A stretch of DNA of 64,000 nt from an uncultured Chloroflexia bacterium (GCA_963728605.1 CAVSKS010000009.1:205447-269446), one strand, 5' to 3'; counted from the stretch's first letter, positions 1 to 9,036 are shown. Notes: generated by a model from the letters alone, not told the origin. Numbers and translations: made by a program.

Positions 1-844
1 GCGCCTCGTATTGCGGCAGGTGGCCCGTGCCGGCGATCTCGACGTAGCGTGCCCCCATCGCCTCGGCGATCGGCCGGTTCCAGGCAGGCCCGCAGATCCA
101 GTCGTGCTCGCCGACGATGACCAGCGCCGGGCACCGGATCCCAGCGAGGTCCGGTAGCAGGTCGATTGGCGGCTCGGGCTCCCACACCCGGGCGACGTCG
201 AGGTTCCAGCGGAGCTCCCGACGGAGGCGGTCGATGTGCTCCGCCGACCGCGGTGATCCCGGGTCCGCGAAATAGAGCGGCCAGCACGCGCCGAAGGTGC
301 GACAGAACGCTGCCTCGTCATGTCCGGGATCCCGACCGAAGGCTTCGACCGCCGACGCAAACCAGGCCTCGCTCCGGACGCGATCGAGCGCCCGGCCACG
401 CTCCGCCGTGGCCAGTGCCGGGGAGATCGAGGCGTCTCCCGCGTAGCTATCGATCAGAACGAGCCGGGTCACCGCCTCGGGAACCGCGAGGGCCATCGCC
501 AGGGCCACCAGTCCGCCCCACGAGTGGCCCATCACCGTCACCGGCCCCAACCCCAGCGCCCGGCGGGCGTCGTCAAAGAACCGGACGTGGGCGTCGAGGG
601 AGTAGCCGTCGTCGCGGGTCGGCGCCGAGGTCCGCCCGCAGCCGGGGGCGTTGACGAGGTGGACCCGGAACCGATCCGACAATGCGGCTGCCTCAGGTCT
701 GGCGAGATGGGCGGGCAGGCCGGGACCGCCTTCGATCCAGAGCAGCGGCTCGCCCGATCCCCACGCCTCCCACTCGACCACTCGAATGTCGTCGAGCGCC
801 GTCAGTTCCCGAAGCGGGAACCCCGGCAGGCCGTCCGCGGCCAC
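1..844 (-). CDS. alpha/beta-fold hydrolase, 3' end runs off the window start
   Basis: Not in the ORF track because there is no stop inside the window. My reverse translation gives GTG at 842-844, then ...EPLLWIEGGPG.... The nucleophile elbow PVTVMGHSWGGLVALAMA lies at about 491-544, and ...IAGTGHLPQYEA (catalytic His region) at 2-40. Confidence 0.75.
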   Translation of the reverse strand, partial: MAADGLPGFPLRELTALDDIRVVEWEAWGSGEPLLWIEGGPGLPAHLARPEAAALSDRFRVHLVNAPGCGRTSAPTRDDGYSLDAHVRFFDDARRALGLGPVTVMGHSWGGLVALAMALAVPEAVTRLVLIDSYAGDASISPALATAERGRALDRVRSEAWFASAVEAFGRDPGHDEAAFCRTFGACWPLYFADPGSPRSAEHIDRLRRELRWNLDVARVWEPEPPIDLLPDLAGIRCPALVIVGEHDWICGPAWNRPIAEAMGARYVEIAGTGHLPQYEA

Positions 845-854
845 GCGTCGGCCG

Positions 855-2252
855 TCAGGTGCGGGCGGCGACGAGGGCAGTCGGCCGCGTCGCGGCGGAA
901 GCGGCTTCGTCAGCCGGTCGGACGATCGCCTGGCCCAGCGACCACAGGGTGAGGGTCGTCAGGAAGACCATGATCACCGCCAGTGGGACTTGTCGAAGCC
1001 GGACGTCGCGCTCGGCAACCCTGGCCCCGGCGACGTGCCCGGCCCACGCCCCGATCATGTGCCCGCCGACCACGCTGACCAGCTGGATCGTCCACACGAA
1101 GCCCGGTGGGAGAAAGGCCGAATTCGGGACATAGAAGGCCGTCCCGAACAGGTTCGCACCACGCTGGAGGGGATCGGAGATGGCGATCACGATCCGCTGG
1201 CCGTCGATCAGCAGGTAGGTCAGGTAGTGGGCGATCTGGTAGCCGATGGCGATGGGCAGCAGCCCGGCACCCGTCGCGGCGACGCCCACAAATCGGCTCA
1301 CCGCGATCGCGCCGCCGGCGATCAGCGCCAGGAAGCCCAGCAGTTGGACCGTCTTGAGGACCGCCCCGGGAGCGCCGAAGACCGAGAACCACGGCTGGGT
1401 CTGGCTGAGGCCGTCGAACAGGATCGATGCCGTCGCCAGGCCGATCAGGATGACGTCGGTCCGCGTCCAGCCGGACTCCAGGAGGCCGCTCGCGAACGGT
1501 CGCCGCCGGAGCCGGCCCTCCTCGTCCTCGAGCGCGAACGGCGCCATCCGGTTGAGCAGCCGGAACCAGACACTGAACGTCTCGCCGTTGGCCCGCCACG
1601 TGTCCCGCCCGAACTGGGCCATCATCGCCAGGGTGAACGCCGTGTAGCCGATGACCAGCACGAACAGTGTCCGGCCCTGCCCGCCCTGGAGCACCAGCTC
1701 CAGCCAGACCACGAATACGAAGCCGACGATCGCCGGCCAGCGGCCCAGCCAGGACGGGTAGTCCGCCTGCTCCCAGCCCTGGACGCCGAACCGGTGGAGG
1801 ACCCAGGCTCCGGCGTCGTGGAGCGTGGAGAAGGGATCGAGCCAGTGCCAGATCGGGAACAGCAGGGCTGAGATGAGGGCGACGCCCACCCAGGTGTAGA
1901 CGTTGACGAACAGCGACGCGACGTCGGCTGACGAGCTGCCACCGGCGATTCCCTGGGCCACGATCCAGGCCAGGCCCGCGATCCCGATGAGCCGGAGCGT
2001 GACGCGCACGGCCGCCGGTGGCGGTTGGTTGCCGGTCCGTGGCGGTGGGGGCTGGGCGCGCAGGTCGCGGAGCAGGACGAACGCGAACGAGAGGGCCACC
2101 GCGAGCCCCGCGCCGATCAGGTAGACCGCCAGGGGGAGCCGGCTCTGGTAGGTCGAATCGAGGCTATGCGCGGCCGCTCCGACCGGCAGGGCCAGCGTCG
2201 CGAGGAGCCCGCCGGCGATGGCGGCGAGGCGCGCCCGCAGGCGCCGGCTCAT
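855..2252 (-). CDS. polytopic membrane protein translationally coupled to CopC, function unknown
   Basis: 465-aa ORF with a signal-like N-terminus (LALPVGAAAH-SLD) and many hydrophobic segments. GGHMIGAWAGH motif lies about 60 residues from the C-terminus. Its ATG overlaps the copC stop as ATGA at 2249-2252. Confidence 0.7.
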   Translation of the reverse strand: MSRRLRARLAAIAGGLLATLALPVGAAAHSLDSTYQSRLPLAVYLIGAGLAVALSFAFVLLRDLRAQPPPPRTGNQPPPAAVRVTLRLIGIAGLAWIVAQGIAGGSSSADVASLFVNVYTWVGVALISALLFPIWHWLDPFSTLHDAGAWVLHRFGVQGWEQADYPSWLGRWPAIVGFVFVVWLELVLQGGQGRTLFVLVIGYTAFTLAMMAQFGRDTWRANGETFSVWFRLLNRMAPFALEDEEGRLRRRPFASGLLESGWTRTDVILIGLATASILFDGLSQTQPWFSVFGAPGAVLKTVQLLGFLALIAGGAIAVSRFVGVAATGAGLLPIAIGYQIAHYLTYLLIDGQRIVIAISDPLQRGANLFGTAFYVPNSAFLPPGFVWTIQLVSVVGGHMIGAWAGHVAGARVAERDVRLRQVPLAVIMVFLTTLTLWSLGQAIVRPADEAASAATRPTALVAART

Positions 2253-2851
2253 CGGGTTGCCCGGCGGTTTCGGAGCAGGACCCAGCCGAGGACAGCGACC
2301 GCGATGACGGCGGCGAGGATCGGGAAGAGCAGGTCCGTGGTCGACGCGACGGGCGTGCCGTCACCGCTGGGTGCTGGCGAGGGCGACGGAGCAGTCGTCG
2401 GAGTGGGGGTGGGAGCGGGGGTGGGCGCATCGGTCGGGCGAGGCGTGGGCTCCGGCGTGGGCTCGGGCGTTGGCTCGGGCTCGAGGACCGTGAACGCGAC
2501 GACGGGACGTTCGATGTGACCGTCGCCGGCGATCGCCGTTATCTCGACCCGATAGGCGCCGGCGTCCAGCGGCGTGGCGAGCTCGAACACGAGCTGATCG
2601 GGCGCGTCGGCGGGGATCTCGGCCGTCGCGACCTCATCGCCGGCACTGTCGAGCAGCTCCGCGTGGCTGTTCGTGGCGAGGTTCTCGGAAAAGCTCAGGG
2701 TGATCGGACCTTCGAAGGGGCCGGGTACTTCGCGCCCGTCCGCCGGGACAGCCTCCGTGAGCTCGGCATGCGCGGCTGCCGGAAGGGCAGCGACCAGGAG
2801 AGCCAGGATGGCGATGAGGATGGCCGCACCGCCGCGGATCGTGACTGACAT
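2249..2851 (-). CDS. copC: CopC-domain copper-binding protein with PT-rich linker and C-terminal membrane anchor
   Basis: Internal ATG at 2849-2851 of the 326-aa ORF gives MSVTIRGGAAILIAILALLVAALPAAAHAELTEAVPADG.... This is a signal peptide followed by a mature N-terminal His, typical of CopC. Then come an EPTPEPTP linker and a C-terminal TM helix. Confidence 0.8.
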   Translation of the reverse strand: MSVTIRGGAAILIAILALLVAALPAAAHAELTEAVPADGREVPGPFEGPITLSFSENLATNSHAELLDSAGDEVATAEIPADAPDQLVFELATPLDAGAYRVEITAIAGDGHIERPVVAFTVLEPEPTPEPTPEPTPRPTDAPTPAPTPTPTTAPSPSPAPSGDGTPVASTTDLLFPILAAVIAVAVLGWVLLRNRRATR

Positions 2852-2978
2852 GGCCGGAGTGTAGCGAGCGGCTTGCTCCGGCCGTCGCCGTGCCCAGCGG
2901 ACCATCGGCCCGGCCCGGCCTACAATGGCCCGACCCCTGACCACACCCCGCGACCAGCCCTTGAGGACACCTGACCCG

Positions 2979-4313
2979 ATGCCGGTCCCCCGCGTCGAAT
3001 TCACGGATGAGCGCCTGCCGAACGGCCTCCGCCTGATCCTTGCCGAGGACCACCTCGCCCCCGTCGCCGCGGTCAACATCTGGTACGGCGTGGGCTCCAA
3101 GCACGAGGTCCCGGGCAAAACGGGCTTCGCCCACCTGTTCGAGCACGTGATGTTCCAGGGGTCGCGGAACGTCGGGAAGGCCGAGCACATCGCCCTGATC
3201 CAGGCGGCCGGCGGGACGATGAACGGCACAACCTGGCTCGACCGGACGAACTACTTCGAGACGATGCCGTCGCACCAGCTCGAGCTGGCGCTGTGGCTCG
3301 AGGCGGACCGGATGGGCACGCTCCTCGACGCGCTCAGCCAGGAGAACCTCGACAACCAGCGCGAGGTCGTCAAGAACGAGAAGCGCTGGTCGTACGACAA
3401 CCGCCCCTATGGCTCGTGGAACGAGAAGCTCCACGAGCACCTGTTTCCGCCAGACCATCCTTACCACCACACCACGATCGGGTCGATGGACGACCTCAAC
3501 GCGGCCTCGGTCGACGACGTCAAGGAGTTCTTCCGGACGTGGTACGCGCCCAACAACGCGGTCCTCGTGGTCGTCGGCGACATGGAGCCGGACCAGGTTC
3601 GAGAATGGGTCGATCGCTATTTCGACGGCATCCCGCCCAATCCGGACATCCCCGAGCCCGGCGACCTGGCCCTGCCGCCGACGCTGGGCGAGGAGCATCG
3701 CGAGACCGTGATGGACAAGGTCCCCCTGCCGCGGGTCTACTTCGGATTCCGGGCACCGGTCTTCGGGGATCGCCGGCTCGATGCGCTCGACGTCGCATCC
3801 CAGATCCTGGCCGGGGGCAAGGGCAGTCGCCTCCACCGCCGCCTGGTGCGTGACGAGCGGATCGCCCAGGACGTCGCCCTGTTCACCCTCGGCTTCACCG
3901 GCGGTGCGTCGGTGACGGCCGGCTGGGCGACCGTCCGACCGGGGATCGAGGTCGCCCGGGTCGAAGCGGCCTTCGAGGAGGAACTGGAGCGGCTCGTCCA
4001 CGAACCGGTTTCGGAAGACGAGCTGGGACGGGCCAAGGCCCTGGTCGAGGCAGACGAGCTGGGCGCGTTGCAGCGGGTCGAGGAGCGAGCCGACCGCCTG
4101 GCGATGTACTCGACCCTGTTCGATGCGCCGGACCTGATCAACCAGATGCTGGGCCGCTACCTGGCGGTCACCGCCGACGACATCCGCGAGGCAGCCGGCG
4201 CCGTCCTGCGCAAGGACAACCGGGTCGTCCTCACCTACCTTCCGGAGATCCAACCGGCCGATTCCAATGTCCTCGAAGCCCCTGCGGCCATCGACGAGGA
4301 GGTTGCCGCGTGA
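2979..4313 (+). CDS. M16 (pitrilysin/insulinase) family zinc peptidase, catalytic subunit
   Basis: HLFEHVMFQG carries the inverted zincin motif HxxEH. I prefer the start at ATG 2979 (MPVPRVEFTDERLPNGL). TACAAT at 2921-2926 looks like a -10 box overlapping the ORF-track ATG at 2925, and GAGGA lies upstream of 2979. Confidence 0.85.
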   Translation: MPVPRVEFTDERLPNGLRLILAEDHLAPVAAVNIWYGVGSKHEVPGKTGFAHLFEHVMFQGSRNVGKAEHIALIQAAGGTMNGTTWLDRTNYFETMPSHQLELALWLEADRMGTLLDALSQENLDNQREVVKNEKRWSYDNRPYGSWNEKLHEHLFPPDHPYHHTTIGSMDDLNAASVDDVKEFFRTWYAPNNAVLVVVGDMEPDQVREWVDRYFDGIPPNPDIPEPGDLALPPTLGEEHRETVMDKVPLPRVYFGFRAPVFGDRRLDALDVASQILAGGKGSRLHRRLVRDERIAQDVALFTLGFTGGASVTAGWATVRPGIEVARVEAAFEEELERLVHEPVSEDELGRAKALVEADELGALQRVEERADRLAMYSTLFDAPDLINQMLGRYLAVTADDIREAAGAVLRKDNRVVLTYLPEIQPADSNVLEAPAAIDEEVAA

Positions 4314-5836
4314 CCGACGTCGTCGCCACGCGGCCCGTGCCGGGGACGCCCCGGCCGTACGAGTTCCCGGCCTTCGAGCGGAGCCGGTTGTCGAACGGCC
4401 TGGGGCTGATCACGGTCCACCTGCCCGGCCGCCAGCTGGTCTCGGCGGCGATGGTCCACCGCAATGGCGCGGCGGACGAGGCGGCGGATGACGCGGGCGC
4501 CACGGTGATGGCTGCCCGCGCCCTGTCCGAAGGCACGGCGCGGTATGACGCCATCGAGCTCGTGGAAGCCGCCGAGCGGCTGGGTGCGTCGATCCACGCC
4601 GAGGCCGGCTGGGACGCGACATCGGCCGGGGTCGACGTTCCGGCGGACCGGCTCGAACCGGCGCTGGCGCTGGTGGCCGAGATGGTCGCCAACCCGACGT
4701 TCCCCGAGGTGGAGGTGGAGCGCCTCCGGGACGAGCGGCTCAACGACCTCCTGCAGGCGCGGATGGACCCGCGCCGGCGAGCCGACGAGGCCTTTGCCGA
4801 GACGATCTACGTCGCCGCGTCGCCGTATCACCGGCCGGCCGCGGGGACCCGCGAGACCGTCGCTCGCATCCGCCCCTCGACGCTCCGCGCCGCGAACGCC
4901 GCGAGCCACGGACCGGCGGGCTGGACGCTGATCGTTGCCGGCGACCTGACCGGGCTGGACGTGCCGGGCATCTGTGGCCGGCTGTTCGGGAGCTGGTCGG
5001 AGGGAGCCGGCGGTGGACGGGCGGCCAGGCCGATCGTCGACCGGGGCGCCCTCGACGAGCGTCTGGTCCGGGTCATCCACCGGCCGGGGGCCGTCCAGAC
5101 CGAGATCCGGATCGGCCATCCCGGGTTACCCCGCCGGATTCCCGATTTCCACGCGCTGCAGGTGATGGGCGCGATCCTGGGCGGGCTGTTCAACTCGCGG
5201 CTCAACATGAAGCTCCGCGAGGAGAAGGGCTACACCTACGGGGCTCACGCCGGCTACGACCTCCGACGGGCCGCCGGTCCGTTCGCGGCACGGGCCGCGG
5301 TGAACACCGAGGTGACCGTCGCCGCGGTCACCGACCTCCTGAGCGAGTTGGAGCGGATGCGCGACCAGCCCGTCTCCGACGACGAGCTGCGCGCCGCCAA
5401 GGACTTCCTGATCGGCGTCTTTCCGCTCCGGTTCGAGACACCCGGTCCGGTGGTGGGCGCGCTGTCGGGGATCGTCATCCACGACCTGCCGGACGATGAG
5501 CTGGGCCGCTACCGGCGGCAGATCGAGGCGGTCGACCGCGACGCCGTCGCCGCGGCTGCCCGCGATCATCTCCATCTCGAGCGCGCGGCCATCGTCCTCG
5601 TCGGCGATGCCGATGCGTTCCGTGGCGACCTCGAGGCTGCCGGGTTCGGGCCGGTGACCGTGGAGCGCGAGGCCGGACCGGTGATGGAAGGCCCGGCCGA
5701 GGGTGTCGAGGAGGAGCTGGGGCCGGTCGATGACGAGGGCCTGGGCCCAACGGCCGGCGCGGAGGACACCGGCGCCGATCCCGGCGAAGAGCCCGTCGAC
5801 GCCGATACGGGGAGCGATCCCGCCAGCGAGCACTGA
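4310..5836 (+). CDS. M16 family peptidase, non-catalytic partner subunit with acidic C-terminal tail
   Basis: 508-aa ORF with M16-like domains and no HxxEH motif. Its GTG start overlaps the upstream stop by 4 nt. It ends in a D/E/G-rich tail of about 60 aa. Confidence 0.8.
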   Translation: MTDVVATRPVPGTPRPYEFPAFERSRLSNGLGLITVHLPGRQLVSAAMVHRNGAADEAADDAGATVMAARALSEGTARYDAIELVEAAERLGASIHAEAGWDATSAGVDVPADRLEPALALVAEMVANPTFPEVEVERLRDERLNDLLQARMDPRRRADEAFAETIYVAASPYHRPAAGTRETVARIRPSTLRAANAASHGPAGWTLIVAGDLTGLDVPGICGRLFGSWSEGAGGGRAARPIVDRGALDERLVRVIHRPGAVQTEIRIGHPGLPRRIPDFHALQVMGAILGGLFNSRLNMKLREEKGYTYGAHAGYDLRRAAGPFAARAAVNTEVTVAAVTDLLSELERMRDQPVSDDELRAAKDFLIGVFPLRFETPGPVVGALSGIVIHDLPDDELGRYRRQIEAVDRDAVAAAARDHLHLERAAIVLVGDADAFRGDLEAAGFGPVTVEREAGPVMEGPAEGVEEELGPVDDEGLGPTAGAEDTGADPGEEPVDADTGSDPASEH

Positions 5837-7100
5837 GACGGCCGGGACCCTTGCCCGGCACCTGCCGGCCCTGGGCTCATCGGTCTACCGGCGGTTCCTG
5901 GGCGGCGCCTTCATCGGCACGCTCGGCTCGTGGATGCAGGCAACCGCCCAGGGCTGGCTCGTCCTCGATCTGACCGATTCGGCGGCCCTGCTGGGATTCA
6001 CCAGCGCCATTGCGGCCGCCCCAACCCTGTTCCTGTCGCTGTTCGCCGGCGTCCTTGCCGATCGCGTGGATCGCCGGCGGCTGCTGATCGCGACCCAGCT
6101 GACGGCCGCCTGCCTGGCGGCGATGCTTGGCCTCCTGACGGTCACGGAGACCGTGCAGTTCTGGCACGTCGTGGTCATCGCCACGCTGGCCGGGTCGGCC
6201 GGCGCCATCGGGCTGCCGGCCTTCCAGGCGGTCGTGTCGACCCTCGTCGACCGGTCGGTGATCGGCAACGCCGTCGCCCTGAACTCGGCCCAGTTCAACC
6301 TGGGCCGGATCATCGGCCCGGCCCTCGCCGGAACGGCGATCGCGTTGGGTGGCCTGGCCCTTGCCTTCTGGGCCAACGCCCTGGGGTTGCTGGTGGTCGC
6401 CCTCGTCCTGGCGCGACTGCCGATCGGCTCGCCAGCGTCGCTGGTCCGGGTCGAGGCGTCGCTGTGGTCGAACCTGATCGACGGCGTGGAGGCCATGCGC
6501 CGTGACCCTGTCGTTCGAGTGCTGGTGGTCCTGGCGGCGGTGCCGGCCCTGTTCATCCTCAACTACCTGGTGTTGATGCCCGTCTACGCCCGCGACGTGT
6601 TGAAGGTTGGCGCGCCGGGGCTCGGGCTGCTGACGGCGGCGATCGGGGTCGGCGCGCTGACCGGCGCCCTTGGCGTGGCCTTCCTCCGGCCATCCGGTGG
6701 CAGCGGGCGGCTGCTGCTGACCGGCCTTGCGGCCGCCTCGATCTCCTTGATCGTCTTCGCGGTGTCGCGCTGGCTGCCGCTGTCGCTGGCGGCGCTGGCC
6801 GTCCTCGGCGCGGCACAGGTGGCCTACTACACCACCACGAACACGCTGATCCAGGTGCTCGTCCCGGGCCGCCTCCGCGGTCGCGTCATGTCGCTATACA
6901 TCCTCACCTCGCTTGGCGTCATTCCGTTCGGCAACCTGTTGGCCGGCCTCGTCGCCGAGCGGTTCGGACCGACGCTCGCCCTCGCCGGCGGTGGGCTCCT
7001 GACACTGTTGAGCGTCGGGTTCGTGGCGGCGGCCTATCCGCAGCTCCAACGGGTGCGGGCATCGGTCGTCGCGATCGCGGCACCCAGGCCGTCCGGCTGA
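5703..7100 (+). CDS. MFS transporter (start codon uncertain)
   Basis: Twelve-TM-like profile with YRRFLGGAFIGTLGSWMQATAQGWLVLDLT near the N-terminus. There is no ATG/GTG/TTG in frame between 5733 and TM1, so the start is at 5703, at 5730 or disrupted. Confidence 0.75.
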   Translation: MSRRSWGRSMTRAWAQRPARRTPAPIPAKSPSTPIRGAIPPASTETAGTLARHLPALGSSVYRRFLGGAFIGTLGSWMQATAQGWLVLDLTDSAALLGFTSAIAAAPTLFLSLFAGVLADRVDRRRLLIATQLTAACLAAMLGLLTVTETVQFWHVVVIATLAGSAGAIGLPAFQAVVSTLVDRSVIGNAVALNSAQFNLGRIIGPALAGTAIALGGLALAFWANALGLLVVALVLARLPIGSPASLVRVEASLWSNLIDGVEAMRRDPVVRVLVVLAAVPALFILNYLVLMPVYARDVLKVGAPGLGLLTAAIGVGALTGALGVAFLRPSGGSGRLLLTGLAAASISLIVFAVSRWLPLSLAALAVLGAAQVAYYTTTNTLIQVLVPGRLRGRVMSLYILTSLGVIPFGNLLAGLVAERFGPTLALAGGGLLTLLSVGFVAAAYPQLQRVRASVVAIAAPRPSG

Positions 7101-7124
7101 AACCTTCGGGCGCCGCGGTGTCTC
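7098..7124 (+). promoter_or_regulatory. candidate ECF-type promoter (TGAAAC-N16-GTC)
   Basis: TGAAAC at 7098-7103, a 16-nt spacer, then GTCTC at 7120-7124. It lies about 50 nt upstream of the first gene of the sigma/anti-sigma operon. It resembles AAC-N16/17-CGT/GTC ECF promoters. Confidence 0.3.
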
Positions 7125-7175
7125 AGATGATCGAGAGCCGGTCGAGGACGACCGCCCATCGGGAGCACCAGCGAC

Positions 7176-7685
7176 ATGCGTTCAGACAACCGCCTTGGCC
7201 GGGGCATCGCGGCCGCACTGATCAGCCTGTTCGTCGTCGCCGGCGGCGCGATGGCGGCCGGTGGAAACGCCACCGCATCGCCGACGGCGACCGCCGAACC
7301 GACCGAGACGGCTGACCCGACGGCGACCGCCGAGGCGACCGAGACCGCCGAGGCGACGGCGACCGCCGAACCGACCGCTACGGCCGAAGCGACCGCGACT
7401 GCGGGCCCGACGGCGACCGCCGAACCGACGGCGACCGCCGAGCCGACTGAGACCGCCGAGCCGACTAAGACCGCCGAGCCGACTGAGACCGCCGAACCGA
7501 CCGCGTCGCCCGGCGACGACCGCTCGGGACCGGGCGAAAGCGGCGGCGACGACGACCGATCCGGCCCCGGCGATGGCACGGACGGGGGCGACTCGTCCGG
7601 CCCCGGCGACGGCACCGACGGCGACGACTCGTCAGGCCACGGCGGTGGGGACGACGACTCGTCGGGTCCCGGCCACGACGACTGA
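7176..7685 (+). CDS. secreted low-complexity protein: PTATAE hexapeptide repeats plus acidic DDxSGPG repeat tail
   Basis: 169-aa ORF with signal/TM segment GIAAALISLFVVAGGAMAAG. About 12 imperfect (P/A)T(A/E)TAE units follow, then DDRSGPG / DSSGPG / DDSSGPG repeats. GGGAG sits upstream of the ATG. Confidence 0.7.
   Translation: MRSDNRLGRGIAAALISLFVVAGGAMAAGGNATASPTATAEPTETADPTATAEATETAEATATAEPTATAEATATAGPTATAEPTATAEPTETAEPTKTAEPTETAEPTASPGDDRSGPGESGGDDDRSGPGDGTDGGDSSGPGDGTDGDDSSGHGGGDDDSSGPGHDD
7281..7502 (+). repeat. imperfect 18-bp tandem repeat inside the coding sequence (encodes PTATAE units)
   Basis: Units such as ccgacggcgaccgccgaa and ccgactgagaccgccgag recur head to tail. All are in frame within the 7176-7685 CDS. 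Confidence 0.8.
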
Positions 7686-7711
7686 GGAGCGCGACGCCGA
7701 TCCGGGGGAAC

Positions 7712-8371
7712 ATGGCACCCAGCACGGTGACCGTCCATGGCGCCGCATCCAGCCGGGAGACTCGCGCCATCGGTCCACGAGAAACCTCGCGCGGCGACAC
7801 GTCCCTTGACGATTTCGACGATGGCCGGATCGCCGCCGCCGTTCTCGCAGGCGACCGCGACGCCTTCCGACGCCTCGTCGATCGAGAGGCCGCCTCGATC
7901 GTCCGGGTCTGCTTTCGGATTCTTGGCAGCCAGGCCGAGGCCGAGGACGCGGCACAGGAGGCCTTCGTGACCGCCTACCGATCGCTGGCCACCTGGCGAC
8001 GCGACGGGCCATTCGGCGCCTGGGTGTCGCGGATCGCAACCCGGATCGCACTCCGCCAGGCCGGCAAGCGCCGGAAGGTCGCCTGGGCTGAGCCGATTAG
8101 TGACGCGGCGATGGCCGTGCCGGCCAGCGTGGATGCCACCGATCCCCAACTGCTCACCCTGAAGATCGAGCAGGCATCGACGGTTCGGGAAGCCGTCACG
8201 GGTCTTGCCGAGCCATACCGCGAGATCGTGGCCCTGCGCTTCTTTGCCGACCTGTCGCTCAACGAGATCGCCCGCCAGACCGGCCGTCCACTGGGAACGG
8301 TCAAGACCCACCTCCATCGCGGGCTCCAGCGGCTCCGGGGCCCGCTGGGCGAGGGGGAGGCCGAGCGATGA
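7712..8371 (+). CDS. ECF (group 4) sigma-70 family RNA polymerase sigma factor
   Basis: Region 2 reads AFRRLVDREAASIVRVCFRILGSQAEAEDAAQEAFVTAYRSL. Region 4 HTH reads LSLNEIARQTGRPLGTVKTHLHRGLQRLR. Confidence 0.85.
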   Translation: MAPSTVTVHGAASSRETRAIGPRETSRGDTSLDDFDDGRIAAAVLAGDRDAFRRLVDREAASIVRVCFRILGSQAEAEDAAQEAFVTAYRSLATWRRDGPFGAWVSRIATRIALRQAGKRRKVAWAEPISDAAMAVPASVDATDPQLLTLKIEQASTVREAVTGLAEPYREIVALRFFADLSLNEIARQTGRPLGTVKTHLHRGLQRLRGPLGEGEAER

Positions 8372-9036
8372 CTGGCCTTGGCCGCGGTTTCGGGTTCGAG
8401 GAGCTGCCGGAGCTCGAAGCGGCGGCGAGTGCGGATCTCGCCGTGTCGCTCCGGATCGGCCGCCTGCTCGAGACGACCGTCGGGGCGAGCGCCATGGAGC
8501 CGGGCGCGTACTTCGTGGGCCGGGTGATGGAGGCAGTGGCCGAGGAGCCAGAGGCGCATCCGGCCGGCGCGATCGGCCGGGCGTTCCAGGACCGCCGCCC
8601 GTCGGGGATCGTTCAGGGCGTTCGGGACGCCTGGCGGATCGCCTGGACCGGCGCGTGGCCGGGCTCGCTCCGCCTCGAGGCCATTGCCGTGGTCCTGGTC
8701 GCCGTACTGGCCCTTGGCTCGATCGGTGGAACCGCCGTCGTCGGGGCATTGTCCCTGGTCAGCCCTGATGGTTCGCCCAGCCCGACGCCAGCACCCACGC
8801 CAAGCCTGCTGCCAACCCCGTCACCGTCGCCGATCCCGACACCCGCGCTCACCCCGACACCCTCGCCGAGTCCCACCGCGACCGAGCCGCCCGACCCGAC
8901 GGAGACGCCGGACGCGACCGAGACACCAGAAGCCGAAGAAACACCCGAGGGCTCTGACGACAACTCGGGACCGGGGGGTGGTGGCGGTCCGGGAAGTGGC
9001 GACGACTCGGGGAGCGGCGGTCCCGGCCCCGGCTGA
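8368..9036 (+). CDS. putative anti-sigma factor: one TM helix, PT-rich linker, acidic SGPG tail
   Basis: The ATG overlaps the sigma gene stop (ATGA). The protein has a cytoplasmic N-domain and TM helix LEAIAVVLVAVLALGSIGGTAVVGAL. A PSPTPAPTP linker follows, ending ...DDNSGPGGGGGPGSGDDSGSGGPGPG. Confidence 0.65.
   Translation: MTGLGRGFGFEELPELEAAASADLAVSLRIGRLLETTVGASAMEPGAYFVGRVMEAVAEEPEAHPAGAIGRAFQDRRPSGIVQGVRDAWRIAWTGAWPGSLRLEAIAVVLVAVLALGSIGGTAVVGALSLVSPDGSPSPTPAPTPSLLPTPSPSPIPTPALTPTPSPSPTATEPPDPTETPDATETPEAEETPEGSDDNSGPGGGGGPGSGDDSGSGGPGPG

Noticed and set aside
166-1871. Plus-strand ORFs 166-654, 320-952, 651-1871 and 682-1134 at the window start
   Set aside because: They overlap the minus-strand alpha/beta hydrolase (GHSWGG motif) and the polytopic membrane protein. 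Their translations are Arg/Pro/Gly-rich with no domains.
7281-7682. Regularly spaced short repeats that could be mistaken for a CRISPR-like or other non-coding array
   Set aside because: The 18-bp period is contiguous with no spacers. It is in frame inside a CDS and encodes PTATAE / DDxSGPG peptide repeats. No cas genes are present.
7034-8749. 571-aa minus-strand ORF, the longest in the 7-9 kb region
   Set aside because: It is antisense to the repeat protein, the ECF sigma and the anti-sigma genes, all of which have clear motifs. Its translation is Arg/Pro/Ser/Gly-rich with mirror-image repeats (SAVAVG...) of the sense-strand PTATAE repeat. This is a typical high-GC antisense artefact.
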